A stretch of 64,000 nucleotides of DNA from Syntrophales bacterium (GCA_041648505.1 JBAZOY010000002.1:2200-66199), one strand, 5' to 3'. Counted from the stretch's first letter, positions 49,064-59,807 are shown. The notes: generated by a model not told the origin, from the sequence alone. Program-made: numbers and translations.

Positions 49064-49921
49064 TTGGAAATTGTCCGATCTATAAAAGATATACAGGTAT
49101 TTTCCGAATCATTGAGGAATAAGGCTAAGAAGATCTCCCTTGTTCCGACGATGGGGTATTTCCACGAGGGACACTTGAGTTTGATGAGAGAGGGTAAGAG
49201 ACGGGGAGACTGTCTGATAATCAGCATTTACGTCAATCCGATGCAGTTTGGCCCCGCTGATGATTTTGCAAGGTATCCGAGGGATTTTGAAAGGGACAGA
49301 AAACTTGCCGAGAGTGTGGGAGCCGATATTATTTTTTGCCCTGAAAATGAAGAGATGTACCCGGAGCACTATCAAACCTTTGTGGATGTGGAGGAGGTAA
49401 CCAGGAATCTTTGTGGGTTGTCACGGCCGGGTCATTTCCGGGGCGTTACAACGGTTTGTACAAAGCTTTTCAATATTGTTAAGCCCCATGTAGCGATATT
49501 CGGCAGGAAAGATTTTCAGCAGTTTGTAACTATTAAACGTATGGCAAGGGATCTTAATATAGATTTAGAAGTAGTTGGTATACCTACGGTAAGGGAAGAG
49601 GACGGTCTGGCAATGAGTTCGAGAAACGTCTATCTGAAGGACAGTGACAGGAAATCTGCGTTGAGTTTAAGCCGCTCTCTTGTTATAGCCAGGAGACTTT
49701 ACGAAGCTGGAGAAAGAAACAGTGGGAAGATACTGAGGAAGGTTAAAGGGAATATAGAAGGAGAGCCCTGTACCACCATTGATTATGCAAGTATCTGTGA
49801 CACAGCCACACTGAAAGATGTGGATAATCTGGAATGTGAGGCGGTTTTAGCCCTGGCGGTCAAAATTGGGCCAACGAGGCTGATAGACAATTATGTGTTT
49901 GGAGAAGCCCTCGATATATAA
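49064..49921 (+). CDS. panC: Pantoate--beta-alanine ligase
   Basis: 'LVPTMGYFHEGHLSLM' and 'IYVNPMQFGP'. 285 aa with a TTG start. Confidence 0.92.
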   Translation: MEIVRSIKDIQVFSESLRNKAKKISLVPTMGYFHEGHLSLMREGKRRGDCLIISIYVNPMQFGPADDFARYPRDFERDRKLAESVGADIIFCPENEEMYPEHYQTFVDVEEVTRNLCGLSRPGHFRGVTTVCTKLFNIVKPHVAIFGRKDFQQFVTIKRMARDLNIDLEVVGIPTVREEDGLAMSSRNVYLKDSDRKSALSLSRSLVIARRLYEAGERNSGKILRKVKGNIEGEPCTTIDYASICDTATLKDVDNLECEAVLALAVKIGPTRLIDNYVFGEALDI

Positions 49922-49981
49922 AATACGAGGGGAAACGAATTAGAGTAAAAAATTCCCCCCTTGAGTAGGATGGTGATTGCT

Positions 49982-50344
49982 ATGCAAAGATTTATGCTTA
50001 AGTCAAAACTTCATCGGGCTACCGTGACTGACGCTAACCTTGAATATGAAGGTAGTATAACCATTGATGAATCTTTGATGGATGCCGCAGATCTATTGAC
50101 CTACGAAAAAGTTGCCATATATAATATCTCCAATGGAGAGAGGTTTTCTACCTATACGATAAAAGGCAAGAGCAACTCCGGCGTAATATGCTTAAATGGA
50201 GCGGCAGCCAGAAAGGTTTCAAAAGGTGATAAGATAATTATTGCCAGCTATGTCGTTGTTGATGACAAAGACCTGAAAGAATGGTCTCCGAAATGTATCC
50301 TTCTGGATGACAAAAACAGTATCAAGGATAAGCATATTCAATAA
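49982..50344 (+). CDS. panD: Aspartate 1-decarboxylase
   Basis: '[25 protein letters not shown]' (Gly-Ser self-processing site) and 'NGAAAR'. I chose the start at 49982 by alignment to the usual N-terminus. Confidence 0.9.
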   Translation: MQRFMLKSKLHRATVTDANLEYEGSITIDESLMDAADLLTYEKVAIYNISNGERFSTYTIKGKSNSGVICLNGAAARKVSKGDKIIIASYVVVDDKDLKEWSPKCILLDDKNSIKDKHIQ

Positions 50345-50396
50345 TCCTATACTCCGCCTTTTCATTACGGCAAACGAATACTAAGCTTCAATGAAA

Positions 50397-50585
50397 GATT
50401 TGAGGATTGTATTCATCGGCATAAAAAACATTTTAACCATACAGTCTACTTTACTGCAAAGGCATGGCTATTGCCTGCGTGCTCAGACATTGTACTTTTG
50501 CCGGCGCTGCGCTGCAAAGGCATGATGCCGGAAAAATCTTAATTTGCGTCTTCTAATTCCAATTTTCTCTGTTTTGCAAAGATTT
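50397..50585 (+). repeat. Dispersed intergenic repeat, copy B
   Basis: Core TTTGAGGATTGTATT at 50399-50413. GGCATGATGCCGGAAAAAT at 50519-50537 matches copy A at 17 of 19 positions. It starts 53 nt after the panD stop. Confidence 0.8.
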
Positions 50586-50844
50586 TTCATATTACAGACA
50601 TCCTTGCCTGATATCTTTCATGGATGCTTCAACAGCATATCTGTTCATCTGCAAAATCATTAAGAGAATGAAATCTTCATCCATTGACGCCGGATAGTAC
50701 GGAACGGATCTTTATTCTTGGTAAGGGCAGGTTTGGCATCCCGTGCGCATGGTTAATGTCAACGGTGGTGTCCGATATAACCATGGTTGGACATGACATC
50801 ATCCGTAAAAACTTGAGCTGGCGCCCCTCGTTATCAATAATAGA

Positions 50845-51017
50845 CTGTAACAGGTTTACGTCGCGGCCAGTTCAAGGAGGACTCAAGATATTGGAATTAT
50901 ACCCGGATATGCCTGAGAAAGAAAAAAATCTCCTTTTGATTTTGGAAGCTTGGTGATATATAGATGCCGCCTGCATGGTCGAGATTTTTGAGCGTTGGTT
51001 AATACAATCCTCAAAGT
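50845..51017 (-). repeat. Dispersed intergenic repeat, copy C (inverted relative to B)
   Basis: The reverse complement of 51001-51015 is the core TTTGAGGATTGTATT. It is followed by 'AAAAATCTCGACCATGCA', which matches copy A, and by a 'GGCATATCCGGGTATAATT' block. Confidence 0.7.
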
Positions 51018-51173
51018 TCTTAGAACGAATGATATTTCCATTCAAGATATAGAAGTAACGAAAAATAGATTGATGATCCATGCAGGAACTCTTGACAGAG
51101 AAAGTTGTGGTTGGTGAGGTTTTTATAACCCACGTGAAATGTAACCGGAGACGAAGTTATTCATAATTACGCA

Positions 51174-53783
51174 ATGACGAACATGAAATACATTCCCCAC
51201 GAAATTGAAGAAAAGTGGCAGACTCGCTGGGAAGAAGAACAGACCTTTAAGGTGACGGAGGATCCCAATAGAAAAAAGTATTACCTCCTCGAGATGTTTC
51301 CCTATCCCTCAGGCAAGATTCATATCGGACATGTAAGGAACTACACCATCGGTGATGTAGTGGCCAGATACAAAAGGATGAGAGGATACAGTGTTCTGCA
51401 CCCTATGGGCTGGGATTCCTTTGGAATGCCGGCGGAAAACGCTGCCATTGAACATGGGATCCATCCCGCGCAATGGACTCATGAAAATATTGCCTCCATG
51501 AGAAAGCAGCTCAAAAGGATGGGGTTCAGCTATGACTGGGACCGGGAAATTTCCACCTGCGAACCGGAATATTACCGATGGGAGCAACTTTTCTTTCTCC
51601 GTATGTATGAAAAGGGGCTTGCCTATAAGAAAAGCTCTACCGTCAACTGGTGTTCCCGTTGTAAGACAGTCCTCGCTAACGAGCAGGTTGAAGCAGGTCT
51701 CTGCTGGAGATGCTGTACAGAGGTCGAACAGCGGTATCTCGACCAGTGGTTCTTCCGTATCACTGCCTACGTGGAAGAGCTTTTAGACTACTGTGAGAAG
51801 CTTCCCGGATGGCCGGAGAAGGTTCTCACCATGCAGAGGAACTGGATCGGCAGAAGTTACGGCTGTGAAATTTCTTTCCCTTTATCAGAAACCAATGGTG
51901 AGATTAAGGTCTTCACAACCCGTCAGGACACAATATATGGTGTTACCTTTATGCTGGTTGCCGCTGAACATAAGCTCGTCATGGAACTGACAAAGGGAAA
52001 AGCGATAGAGGGCAAGGTTAGCGAATTTGTGGAAGAGGTCAAGAAACAGGACCGGGAGTTGAGGACATCTGAATCCTATGAAAAGGAGGGTGTCTTTCTC
52101 GATACCTATTGTCTCAATCCTTTAACCGGCAGAAAGATACCCGTTTATGCGGCAAACTTTGTCCTTTCCGGCTATGGAACAGGCTGCGTCATGGCGGTTC
52201 CTGCCCATGACCAGCGTGACTTTGAATTTGCCAGAAAATACAATCTTCCTCTAAATGTGGTAATTCAGCATCCCGATAAGCCTCTAGACGCCCAGACCAT
52301 GCAGGAGGCCTATGTGGACGAGGGGCTTCTGATTAACTCAGAACCATTTGACGGGATGGAGAACATGAAGGCCCTGGATGCGATCGCGGAGTATCTGGAA
52401 TCCAAAGGCCGGGGGAAAAAGACCATTCAGTATCGTCTGAGAGACTGGGGTATATCCAGACAGCGATACTGGGGGGCGCCGATTCCCATTATTAACTGTA
52501 AGGTCTGTGGTGCGGTGCCGGTACCTGAATCCGATCTTCCCGTTGTTCTGCCTCACGACGTCAGGTTAACAGGAGAAGGCGGGTCCCCCCTGGCAAGGCA
52601 CCGGGAATTTGTGGAAACCTCCTGCCCCCGCTGCGGAGCCCCGGCGGAAAGAGAGACAGATACCATGGACACCTTTGTGGAATCTTCATGGTATTTTGAT
52701 CGTTTCTGTTGTCCCGACTATAACGAGAAATCAGGGCTTGACAAGAAAAGGGTTGATTACTGGATGCCTGTGGATCAATATATCGGCGGTATTGAGCACG
52801 CTATTCTTCACCTCCTCTACGCAAGATTTTATACTAAAATGCTGCGTGATTTTGATGTCTTAAGTGTTGACGAACCCTTTGCCAACCTTCTGACCCAGGG
52901 GATGGTCTGTAAGGAAACTCTAAGATGCAAAGAGCACGGGTATCTCTTTCCTGAAGAGGTAAAGGATGAAAAGTGCTGTCACTGTCAATGTAAGGTACAG
53001 GTAGGTAAAACGGAAAAGATGTCCAAGTCCCTGAAAAACGTTGTTGATCCGAGTTACCTGATACGGGAATATGGCGCCGATACGGCCAGGGTGTTCTGTC
53101 TTTTCGCCGCACCTCCGGAGAGAGACCTTGAGTGGAGTGACCAGGGTGTCGAGGGCTCGTTTCGTTTCCTTAACAGGACATGGCGTATTGTTATGGATTA
53201 CCGAGACGATATCAAGGGTGTTGAACCATTCTATGTTCATACAGGACACGTCTTTAGCGATAAGGAAACGCTTGACGAGGATCTGAAGGATCTGAGACGG
53301 AAGACACATCAAACGATCAGGAAGGTGACCGCTGACATTGAGGAACGATTTCATTTCAATACCGCCATCAGCGCTGTTATGGAAATGGTTAATGCCCTCT
53401 ATCAGGTAAAGCGCCCGGAAAAGGGCGATTTAAAGTCTTTCTCTATCATCAGGGAAACCATAGAAGCTATTATCTTGCTGCTGGCCCCCATAGTTCCACA
53501 CATCACAGAAGAACTCTGGATGTTAATCGGTCACGAGAGCTCTCTTGCCGATTGTCCCTGGCCGACCTACGATCCGAATGTGGCTTCGGAGGAGGAAATT
53601 ACCATTGTCATCCAGGTCAACGGAAAGGTTAGAAGCAGAATAACAGTTCCTGCCGATGAGGACACCGAGATTATAAAGTCCCTTGCCGTTTCCGATCCGA
53701 AGATAGCTAAGTTTATAACTGGGAAAAATGTGGTAAGGGAAGTTTATGTCCCGAAAAAACTGGTCAATATCGTGGTTCAATAA
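51174..53783 (+). CDS. leuS: Leucine--tRNA ligase
   Basis: HIGH motif '[11 protein letters not shown]', KMSKS motif 'EKMSKSLKN', CP1 editing region. 869 aa. Confidence 0.96.
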   Translation: MTNMKYIPHEIEEKWQTRWEEEQTFKVTEDPNRKKYYLLEMFPYPSGKIHIGHVRNYTIGDVVARYKRMRGYSVLHPMGWDSFGMPAENAAIEHGIHPAQWTHENIASMRKQLKRMGFSYDWDREISTCEPEYYRWEQLFFLRMYEKGLAYKKSSTVNWCSRCKTVLANEQVEAGLCWRCCTEVEQRYLDQWFFRITAYVEELLDYCEKLPGWPEKVLTMQRNWIGRSYGCEISFPLSETNGEIKVFTTRQDTIYGVTFMLVAAEHKLVMELTKGKAIEGKVSEFVEEVKKQDRELRTSESYEKEGVFLDTYCLNPLTGRKIPVYAANFVLSGYGTGCVMAVPAHDQRDFEFARKYNLPLNVVIQHPDKPLDAQTMQEAYVDEGLLINSEPFDGMENMKALDAIAEYLESKGRGKKTIQYRLRDWGISRQRYWGAPIPIINCKVCGAVPVPESDLPVVLPHDVRLTGEGGSPLARHREFVETSCPRCGAPAERETDTMDTFVESSWYFDRFCCPDYNEKSGLDKKRVDYWMPVDQYIGGIEHAILHLLYARFYTKMLRDFDVLSVDEPFANLLTQGMVCKETLRCKEHGYLFPEEVKDEKCCHCQCKVQVGKTEKMSKSLKNVVDPSYLIREYGADTARVFCLFAAPPERDLEWSDQGVEGSFRFLNRTWRIVMDYRDDIKGVEPFYVHTGHVFSDKETLDEDLKDLRRKTHQTIRKVTADIEERFHFNTAISAVMEMVNALYQVKRPEKGDLKSFSIIRETIEAIILLLAPIVPHITEELWMLIGHESSLADCPWPTYDPNVASEEEITIVIQVNGKVRSRITVPADEDTEIIKSLAVSDPKIAKFITGKNVVREVYVPKKLVNIVVQ

Positions 53784-53802
53784 AAGGAGGAATTTACCTG
53801 CC

Positions 53803-54330
53803 GTGAGAAAAACCACTACGGGAAGAAAAGAAATATTTTTTATTGTTTTTGTCCTGCTGATGACAGGTTGCGGTTACAACTTCAGACCGGCAGGAGAAAA
53901 TATAGGTACATATATTCAAAAGGTTTTTGTGGACAATTTTTCCAACAGGACCAGCGAGGCCTATGTTGAAAACTATCTCAGGAGCGCCTTCATAGACGAG
54001 TTTATCAAGGGGAGAAGATTCAAGGTGGTTGGAAGTCCGGAGATGGCGGATGCCATACTAAAGGGAAGCATAAACAGCGTTACTACCTCCCATCTCTCTT
54101 ATGACAGTAGCAGCATCGCTGTGGAAGAACGTGTAACCATGGCCATGGAGCTCGTATTCGAGGAACGAGAGACCGGAAAGATTATCTGGACGGATAAGAA
54201 TCTTGCAGGAATTGAAGATTACCGGGTCACGGACCAGCTTGCAAGTGAAAATAGCCGGAAAAATACCCTGATCAAGTTGTCAAAGGACACAGCCGAAAAT
54301 GCATACAGACTGATGATGTCCGATTTTTAA
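53803..54330 (+). CDS. lptE: LPS-assembly lipoprotein LptE
   Basis: Lipobox 'VLLMTGC'. The position directly after leuS matches E. coli. I prefer the GTG at 53803 (AGGAGG 12 nt upstream). Confidence 0.75.
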   Translation: MRKTTTGRKEIFFIVFVLLMTGCGYNFRPAGENIGTYIQKVFVDNFSNRTSEAYVENYLRSAFIDEFIKGRRFKVVGSPEMADAILKGSINSVTTSHLSYDSSSIAVEERVTMAMELVFEERETGKIIWTDKNLAGIEDYRVTDQLASENSRKNTLIKLSKDTAENAYRLMMSDF

Positions 54331-54576
54331 CCACCTTTCCTTAAGTGAATCATAGTTATCACATTATCAACAGAAGTATAAAACAGCTTCATAGAGATTT
54401 GAAAATTAGATCTATCGTCGCTCAGAAATTTCCTTCCCAGCGCCGGTTATGGTGTCCACGGAAAACCTTTAATGCGTGCCTTCTGAATCAAATTTTTGCT
54501 ATTTCATAAAGTTTTCGTTTAGGATTTGATAGTTACCTGATGATGTGGTAAATTTCACTTTGTGAAAACTAATAAT

Positions 54577-55980
54577 ATGGATTATTCTAACGTATATAAG
54601 GGGATAGCACTGATTGCCGATCCTATATACCAGTACGCCTCTTTTACTGTGCCCTCTGCTGATTTTCCTCCGGAGAAGACGGAAAAGGATTTAATTGACT
54701 CACCCTGGGTGCAGAGGCTAAGGAGGATCTACCAGCTTCAGAGTGCACGCTGGGTCTATCCGGCGGCTGAGCATAGCAGGTTTCAGCATTCCCTCGGCAC
54801 CATGCACGTTGCCGGTGAATTCGGGAAATACCTCTATCCGAGTCTCAGCAAAGTATGCAGAGACATTCCCTCCTTAAACTACGTTGAAGAACTCCTGCGA
54901 GTGGCTGGACTGCTTCATGACGTGGGACATGGTCCGTACGGGCATTTCTTTGACGATCATTTTCTTAAGCAGTATGGTCTGACCCATGAGGATATGGGAC
55001 AGCTGATTATCAAGAGAAAACTGAGCAAAGTTATCAGTCGTATCAGGAGGAGCCCCAGTGGTCATTTCAGTAATGGTGAAACAATTAATCCCGTTCAGGT
55101 TGCCTTCCTTATCAAGATGCCTGCCGGTCAAGAAACCAGGCAGCCAAGGTGGTTGCAACTTCTAAGACAGCTCTTTTCCGGTATCTATACGGTGGACAAC
55201 CTCGATTATGTTCAGCGGGATGCCTACATGACAGGATTTTCCCTGGATATTGTAGATATCGCGAGGCTTCGATTTTATACGTTTTTTACAAAAGATGGCT
55301 TGACCCTTCATCAGGCAGGCATCTCCGCATTGAGCCGTTTTATCAATGCACGGCTGAATCTCTATACCAACGTTTACTTTCACCGGACAACGAGGGCTCT
55401 GGATCTCCATCTGCAGGAGATATTCAGAGAAACTATGAATATAATTTCCCCCTCCAATCCGGCTGATACACTTGATGACTATCTCTATTGTGATGAATGG
55501 CGACTGTTTCAGGATGCACGGAACTGGCTTACGGACAAGGATCCGAAAAGAAGAAGGCTGGGGCGGGAGTGGAAAAAAATCTACGATAGAGAGGTCAAGT
55601 GGAAAATGTCCTTTTCCACGGAAATTTCTATTGACCAGGTACAGAAGGGAACCGGATTTTCTCCGTCCGGTGATTACGAACAACGAATCAGACAAAACCT
55701 TCCCGAGTCGTTAAGGCACATCCCTTTCCGGGTGGATCTGGCTACCCAGGATCCGCGTCCCATAAACCCCATGGCGGAGACGGAAAAGAAAGTAAATATT
55801 TTCAATCCGGCGACAGGAAAAACCTCTCCGGAACCTCTGGTTGATATCTACCGGTTTATCCCGGCCCGGGTTGTCCATTTCCGGGTATTTTCTTTAAGCC
55901 ATGATCATGATGAAAAATTCACCATTGCCGCAGAAAAAGCACTAAATGCATTGGACGCGGCTGTTAAGACCAATATATGA
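54577..55980 (+). CDS. HD-domain phosphohydrolase (COG1078/dNTP triphosphohydrolase-like)
   Basis: 'HSRFQHSLGTMHVAGE' and 'LLHDVGHGPYGHFFD', later 'DNLDYVQRDAYMTG'. The start could also be the GTG at 54562. Confidence 0.8.
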   Translation: MDYSNVYKGIALIADPIYQYASFTVPSADFPPEKTEKDLIDSPWVQRLRRIYQLQSARWVYPAAEHSRFQHSLGTMHVAGEFGKYLYPSLSKVCRDIPSLNYVEELLRVAGLLHDVGHGPYGHFFDDHFLKQYGLTHEDMGQLIIKRKLSKVISRIRRSPSGHFSNGETINPVQVAFLIKMPAGQETRQPRWLQLLRQLFSGIYTVDNLDYVQRDAYMTGFSLDIVDIARLRFYTFFTKDGLTLHQAGISALSRFINARLNLYTNVYFHRTTRALDLHLQEIFRETMNIISPSNPADTLDDYLYCDEWRLFQDARNWLTDKDPKRRRLGREWKKIYDREVKWKMSFSTEISIDQVQKGTGFSPSGDYEQRIRQNLPESLRHIPFRVDLATQDPRPINPMAETEKKVNIFNPATGKTSPEPLVDIYRFIPARVVHFRVFSLSHDHDEKFTIAAEKALNALDAAVKTNI

Positions 55981-56091
55981 AAAAAGATTGAGTAAATAAA
56001 AATGGTCTAATATCAAAGGGTTTAAACAGCGTGAGTGCTATTTAGGGATAATTTGTCAAGGATTATGCTGCTGTCCTGTCCATCGAATGAA

Positions 56092-57069
56092 TCAAATCAT
56101 CCACTGTTCAATGTCCTCTCTGAGAGAGGCCTTAGTAGTTATCAGGGTAATATTTCCCCCGGTTTGACATGTGACATTGGTTTCCACATCTTTCGGAGCA
56201 TCGCTGTAACGTGCACAGATGGCGGCTGCATGGGAACATGCTTTATTATCACCTCCATGAGGTACGAGAACCGTTGGTCCTGGAAAGTGTGTCATATGGA
56301 CAATGATATCCCCCTCGTGATACAAACGTTGGATAGCCTTGTTATCAGTACTGTTTCTCCCCACAATGATCTTGGTTGTCTTGCTGCTCCTGAAATGCCT
56401 GCCAAATTTGAGGAGTTCTATATCGCTTATTCTGAAATCCCCGTGGTGTTCAAAAAGGTCTTGGAGTCTTTTTGAAAACATAGGATCGGTAAGCAGACAT
56501 CCTCCGGCAGGTGTGGAATATTCGGTTATGCCATAATTTTTCGCCATTTCTATCTGATGTTTTCTGCTTCTTCCCTGAATATCAAGGAGTTTTTGCCTGT
56601 CAATCTTACCTTCCGTCTCCGGTTTCGTTTCCGCCAGCAGCTTTGCGCTCAATGGCCGTAGAATGTAGTCTCGATAACCTGAATTTTTTGCTACCAGGAC
56701 AAGGGACTGTCTGGTCTGGGACATGGGTCGCTGACCAAGAACCTCTCCCGTGAAAATAAAGTCGGCGCCGGTCTCTTCCATCCTCTTCCCCGCAATGTTC
56801 AACATTAAGGTATGACAATCAATACAGGGATTCATATTTTTTCCATACCCGTACCTCGGCGCCTTGAGCATATCGAGATGTTCTTCTGTAATATTTATGG
56901 TGACCAGGGACAGGCCAATCTTCTCGGCCGCTTTCCGGGCCTTGCGGGCACCAAAAAAGGGGGTTTCGAAAGTAACCCCCTCTACCTCAATACCCTGATC
57001 AAGGATGAGCCTTGCAGCCAGGATACTGTCTAGTCCTCCTGAAAGTAATGCAATAGCCTTTATCTTCAA
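56092..57069 (-). CDS. PP-loop ATPase, ThiI-like tRNA sulfurtransferase domain without THUMP, plus ~90-aa C-terminal extension
   Basis: 'LLSGGLDS' PP-loop, 'NPCIDCH', 'FTGEVLGQRPMSQT', 'ILRPL'. The TTG start overlaps the upstream gene's TGA stop (TTGA). Confidence 0.7.
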   Translation of the reverse strand: MKIKAIALLSGGLDSILAARLILDQGIEVEGVTFETPFFGARKARKAAEKIGLSLVTINITEEHLDMLKAPRYGYGKNMNPCIDCHTLMLNIAGKRMEETGADFIFTGEVLGQRPMSQTRQSLVLVAKNSGYRDYILRPLSAKLLAETKPETEGKIDRQKLLDIQGRSRKHQIEMAKNYGITEYSTPAGGCLLTDPMFSKRLQDLFEHHGDFRISDIELLKFGRHFRSSKTTKIIVGRNSTDNKAIQRLYHEGDIIVHMTHFPGPTVLVPHGGDNKACSHAAAICARYSDAPKDVETNVTCQTGGNITLITTKASLREDIEQWMI

Positions 57070-58619
57070 TATTTTATAATTTTAACCCCCCATTTATCAT
57101 GAAGTAAGCCGTAAATGTCCCGATCCATGTCGAAGTCAATCAGATACAGATCACCTCCGTCTTTTGGCGTTATTTTTATGGCAGGATAGATAATGTTGGC
57201 TTTTGCCTTCTCAGTATTATCAGGGATTGAAAAAGAGAAATTTTTATAAGTAAAAATGATACCCATGTTATGCAAGGTTTTCTCTATAGCTGATCTCTTC
57301 GGTTCTTCTTTCCCGATACAGATAATCTCTGTGCCCTGGTTTCTTAAAATATCGGTGAATTGAGGGGGTATTTTCTCGGAATGTATTACTAACCGTTTGT
57401 CTCCATTTTTTACTACCAGATCGGCTTTAAGGGAAAGATCAAAGCCGTCCTTTGCTATATCAAATATCTTGATATTGGCATTTCTATCCGGTATGTAGCC
57501 GAGTATCGTAAGGAGGTTCCCAATTAGATCACTATTATTATTCTTACTTATGATGGGTATCTCCGGAATCGTATATACTACATCAGGTCTAATATCTACA
57601 AAACGTCCATCTATGACTTCAGTAATGATCAGCCCTTCTTTTTCAGCGTATGTTATCAGCGATTTAGGTAGCAGATAAGCCTTATCTGTAACAAAAGAAA
57701 TTCCTTGCAGATAAGGCTTATCATTCTTCCTCTGTAAGGTGTTTTTCGTAATCATCCAGTCAAATAAGAAATGAATTTGGTGGCTTTCCACCATGATGAA
57801 GGGTTGTAACATTTTATCCATTGTGTATGACTTGGAAACATTGATCATTTGCTGGAGAATGTGGGATATGTCATCACGGCTCGTGGTTTTGATCAAGTGG
57901 TGATTTTTCCAGCTTGCCTGGATAGTTTTACTGATGAGATTGGGTACACGATTGCTAAAATCAAGCAGGATCACGGTTCCATCGTCAAGTTCAACTACCG
58001 GTATTTGTGAACAATCTATAGTCGCCTGTCCTATCAGGGGAAGGGGGATACAATAATTCCCCGTTGTCATGATAGTTCCATTCATCTGAGTGACCACGTG
58101 CCTGATAACGGCAAGAACGTTCTCCAAGGGTAGGGCAAGGGCAAGTTTTTCCCCTGTATTCTTCTCTTTCGCGGTGGATATCTCCCCCGTACGCACTTTC
58201 GTGGAGGATATCTCGGCTGTATTCTCCTCCGTGGAGGATATCTCTCCCGTATTCTCTTCCGTGGAGGATATATCGGCTTTTGAATCTCCGACTTCTTCTT
58301 GTTGGTCAGTGCCGGGAAGTGTCAGTACCTGTCCCGGGTATATCCTGCTCAAGTTACGGATATGGGGGTTGAGCTGCTCCAAAAGTTTCACTGCTCTAAA
58401 GGCGTCTATTCCCTCTAAATCTAATTGCTTTCGAATAATGTTTACCAGCCAATCCCCTTTTTTAACTACATAGTTTTTTGTTTTCTCTTTAGGGACGGCA
58501 ACCTTTTGGAATGTAAGTACTGCCGTACTCCCCTTCGCGAAGAGTAATTGAGAGGGGATAAGAGCCATTACCAGACAAAGGATTACCAAACGACAAATCG
58601 GTGAATGCCAATTGACCAT
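57066..58619 (-). CDS. Secreted/anchored LysM-like protein with 10-aa tandem repeats and a ~340-aa C-terminal region of unknown function
   Basis: Signal/anchor 'ICRLVILCLVMALIPSQLLFA', LysM-like 'YVVKKGDWLVNII...IYPGQVLTLPG', and repeats 'ISSTEENTGE'. I prefer the start at 58619 (GGGAGG RBS). Confidence 0.7.
   Translation of the reverse strand: MVNWHSPICRLVILCLVMALIPSQLLFAKGSTAVLTFQKVAVPKEKTKNYVVKKGDWLVNIIRKQLDLEGIDAFRAVKLLEQLNPHIRNLSRIYPGQVLTLPGTDQQEEVGDSKADISSTEENTGEISSTEENTAEISSTKVRTGEISTAKEKNTGEKLALALPLENVLAVIRHVVTQMNGTIMTTGNYCIPLPLIGQATIDCSQIPVVELDDGTVILLDFSNRVPNLISKTIQASWKNHHLIKTTSRDDISHILQQMINVSKSYTMDKMLQPFIMVESHQIHFLFDWMITKNTLQRKNDKPYLQGISFVTDKAYLLPKSLITYAEKEGLIITEVIDGRFVDIRPDVVYTIPEIPIISKNNNSDLIGNLLTILGYIPDRNANIKIFDIAKDGFDLSLKADLVVKNGDKRLVIHSEKIPPQFTDILRNQGTEIICIGKEEPKRSAIEKTLHNMGIIFTYKNFSFSIPDNTEKAKANIIYPAIKITPKDGGDLYLIDFDMDRDIYGLLHDKWGVKIIKY
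58141..58290 (-). repeat. In-frame 30-bp tandem repeat (about 5 copies)
   Basis: Plus-strand units begin at 58141, 58171, 58201, 58231 and 58261. An example is GTGGAGGATATCTCGGCTGTATTCTCCTCC. They encode ISSTEENTGE-type decapeptides. Confidence 0.85.
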
Positions 58620-58954
58620 GGGAAACCTCCCGGTAAGTGAAAATGCCCGCTTTTGCAAAATCAAACCACCTGGTAACAGCCTACTTTTTCCGTTTACCGG
58701 CATAAGAATTAAGCACGGCCAATGGATAACTAATAATGAACGATTACGCTGCCTGAAAGTGACTCCTGCCGATGCGAGGTTATGGTACTTAATTTACTGA
58801 GGAATGTCAAATTGAAAAACATACGTAGGATATGAGTTCTATACATGACTTTTGTAAAGCAATAGTCTGTTGCCGCAATTGCCGGAAATTTCATTGTTGC
58901 AAGAAAGAACTTAAATAATGTATGATAACTTTGCTTTTCAGAGGGGGTAAAATT

Positions 58955-59173
58955 ATGGCTGAAATGGATAAACAGGCAGCATTTACAAGAGAATTACAGT
59001 TACGATTTGAAAAAAAAATAAAAGAAAACGAGATAACAGTAGTGGAATACTGGAAAGAACAATGGGATAAATTGATAACAATGAAACCGGAAGGGATAGC
59101 GGCGCTTCAGATGCAGATGAAAAGGGTTTCCGAGATGATGGCAAACAGGGTCAGGATGCTCAAGAAGGGATAA
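58955..59173 (+). CDS. Small hypothetical protein (72 aa, predicted helical)
   Basis: 'MAEMDKQAAFTRELQLRFEKKIKENE...'. A GAGGGGG RBS lies 7 nt upstream. Its stop is 1 nt before the next gene's ATG. Confidence 0.55.
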   Translation: MAEMDKQAAFTRELQLRFEKKIKENEITVVEYWKEQWDKLITMKPEGIAALQMQMKRVSEMMANRVRMLKKG

Positions 59174-59174
59174 T

Positions 59175-59765
59175 ATGCAGGATATTGTACATTTTTTGTT
59201 TGAAGTTGGTATGTTGAAGAAAACTCCCCGAACTGGTTTTCAGTTTCTCGGTTCCGGGAGTGAATCGGTAGCCGAACATACCTTAACGACAATCTTCATC
59301 GGTTATACATTGTGTAAACTGGAAACCGGGATTGATGAACTAAAGACGCTCAAAATGTGCCTTGTCCATGACCTTCCGGAGGCAAGGACAGGTGATATGA
59401 ACTATGTGAGTAAAAAGTATGTAACCGTTCATGAAGATAAGGCTGTTAAAGAACTGACCGACACCCTGTTTTTTGGAGATGAGATCAAAACTGTCATTGA
59501 TGAATTTAATGAACGAAAAACAAAAGAATCCCTGCTCGCCCATGATGCTGACCAGCTTGCACTGATACTTCAGTTGAAAGAATATAAAGACCTGGGAAAC
59601 AGGTACAGCAAACAATGGATTGAATTTGCCATTAAGCGGCTCTGTACGGAAAACGCAAAAAAGATGGCCGATACTATACTGGGGACGGATTCCTCTGCAT
59701 GGTGGTTTAAGGATAAAAGTGACTGGTGGGTAAATGGCAATCGAAACAATAATGGGAAGCGATAG
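59175..59765 (+). CDS. HD-domain 5'-deoxynucleotidase-like protein (YfbR family)
   Basis: 'ESVAEHTL', 'CLVHDLPEARTGD', 'AHDADQL'. Confidence 0.78.
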   Translation: MQDIVHFLFEVGMLKKTPRTGFQFLGSGSESVAEHTLTTIFIGYTLCKLETGIDELKTLKMCLVHDLPEARTGDMNYVSKKYVTVHEDKAVKELTDTLFFGDEIKTVIDEFNERKTKESLLAHDADQLALILQLKEYKDLGNRYSKQWIEFAIKRLCTENAKKMADTILGTDSSAWWFKDKSDWWVNGNRNNNGKR

Positions 59766-59807
59766 TTTTATGAGCCTTATTCACTAACTTTTCTATAAGG
59801 GATAGAA

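Noticed and set aside
50684-51081. ORF-track entries 50684-50956 (plus strand, 90 aa) and 50872-51081 (minus strand, 69 aa), and a 41-aa minus-strand ORF around 50650-50775
   Set aside because: The two track entries overlap each other and repeat copy C. None has a convincing RBS or any recognisable motif. I treat them as non-coding parts of the repeat block.
51082-51173. T-box or other leader upstream of leuS
   Set aside because: No T-box consensus (GGTGGTACCGCG-like) or specifier hairpin is visible. Only a TTGACA hexamer without a good -10 element is present.
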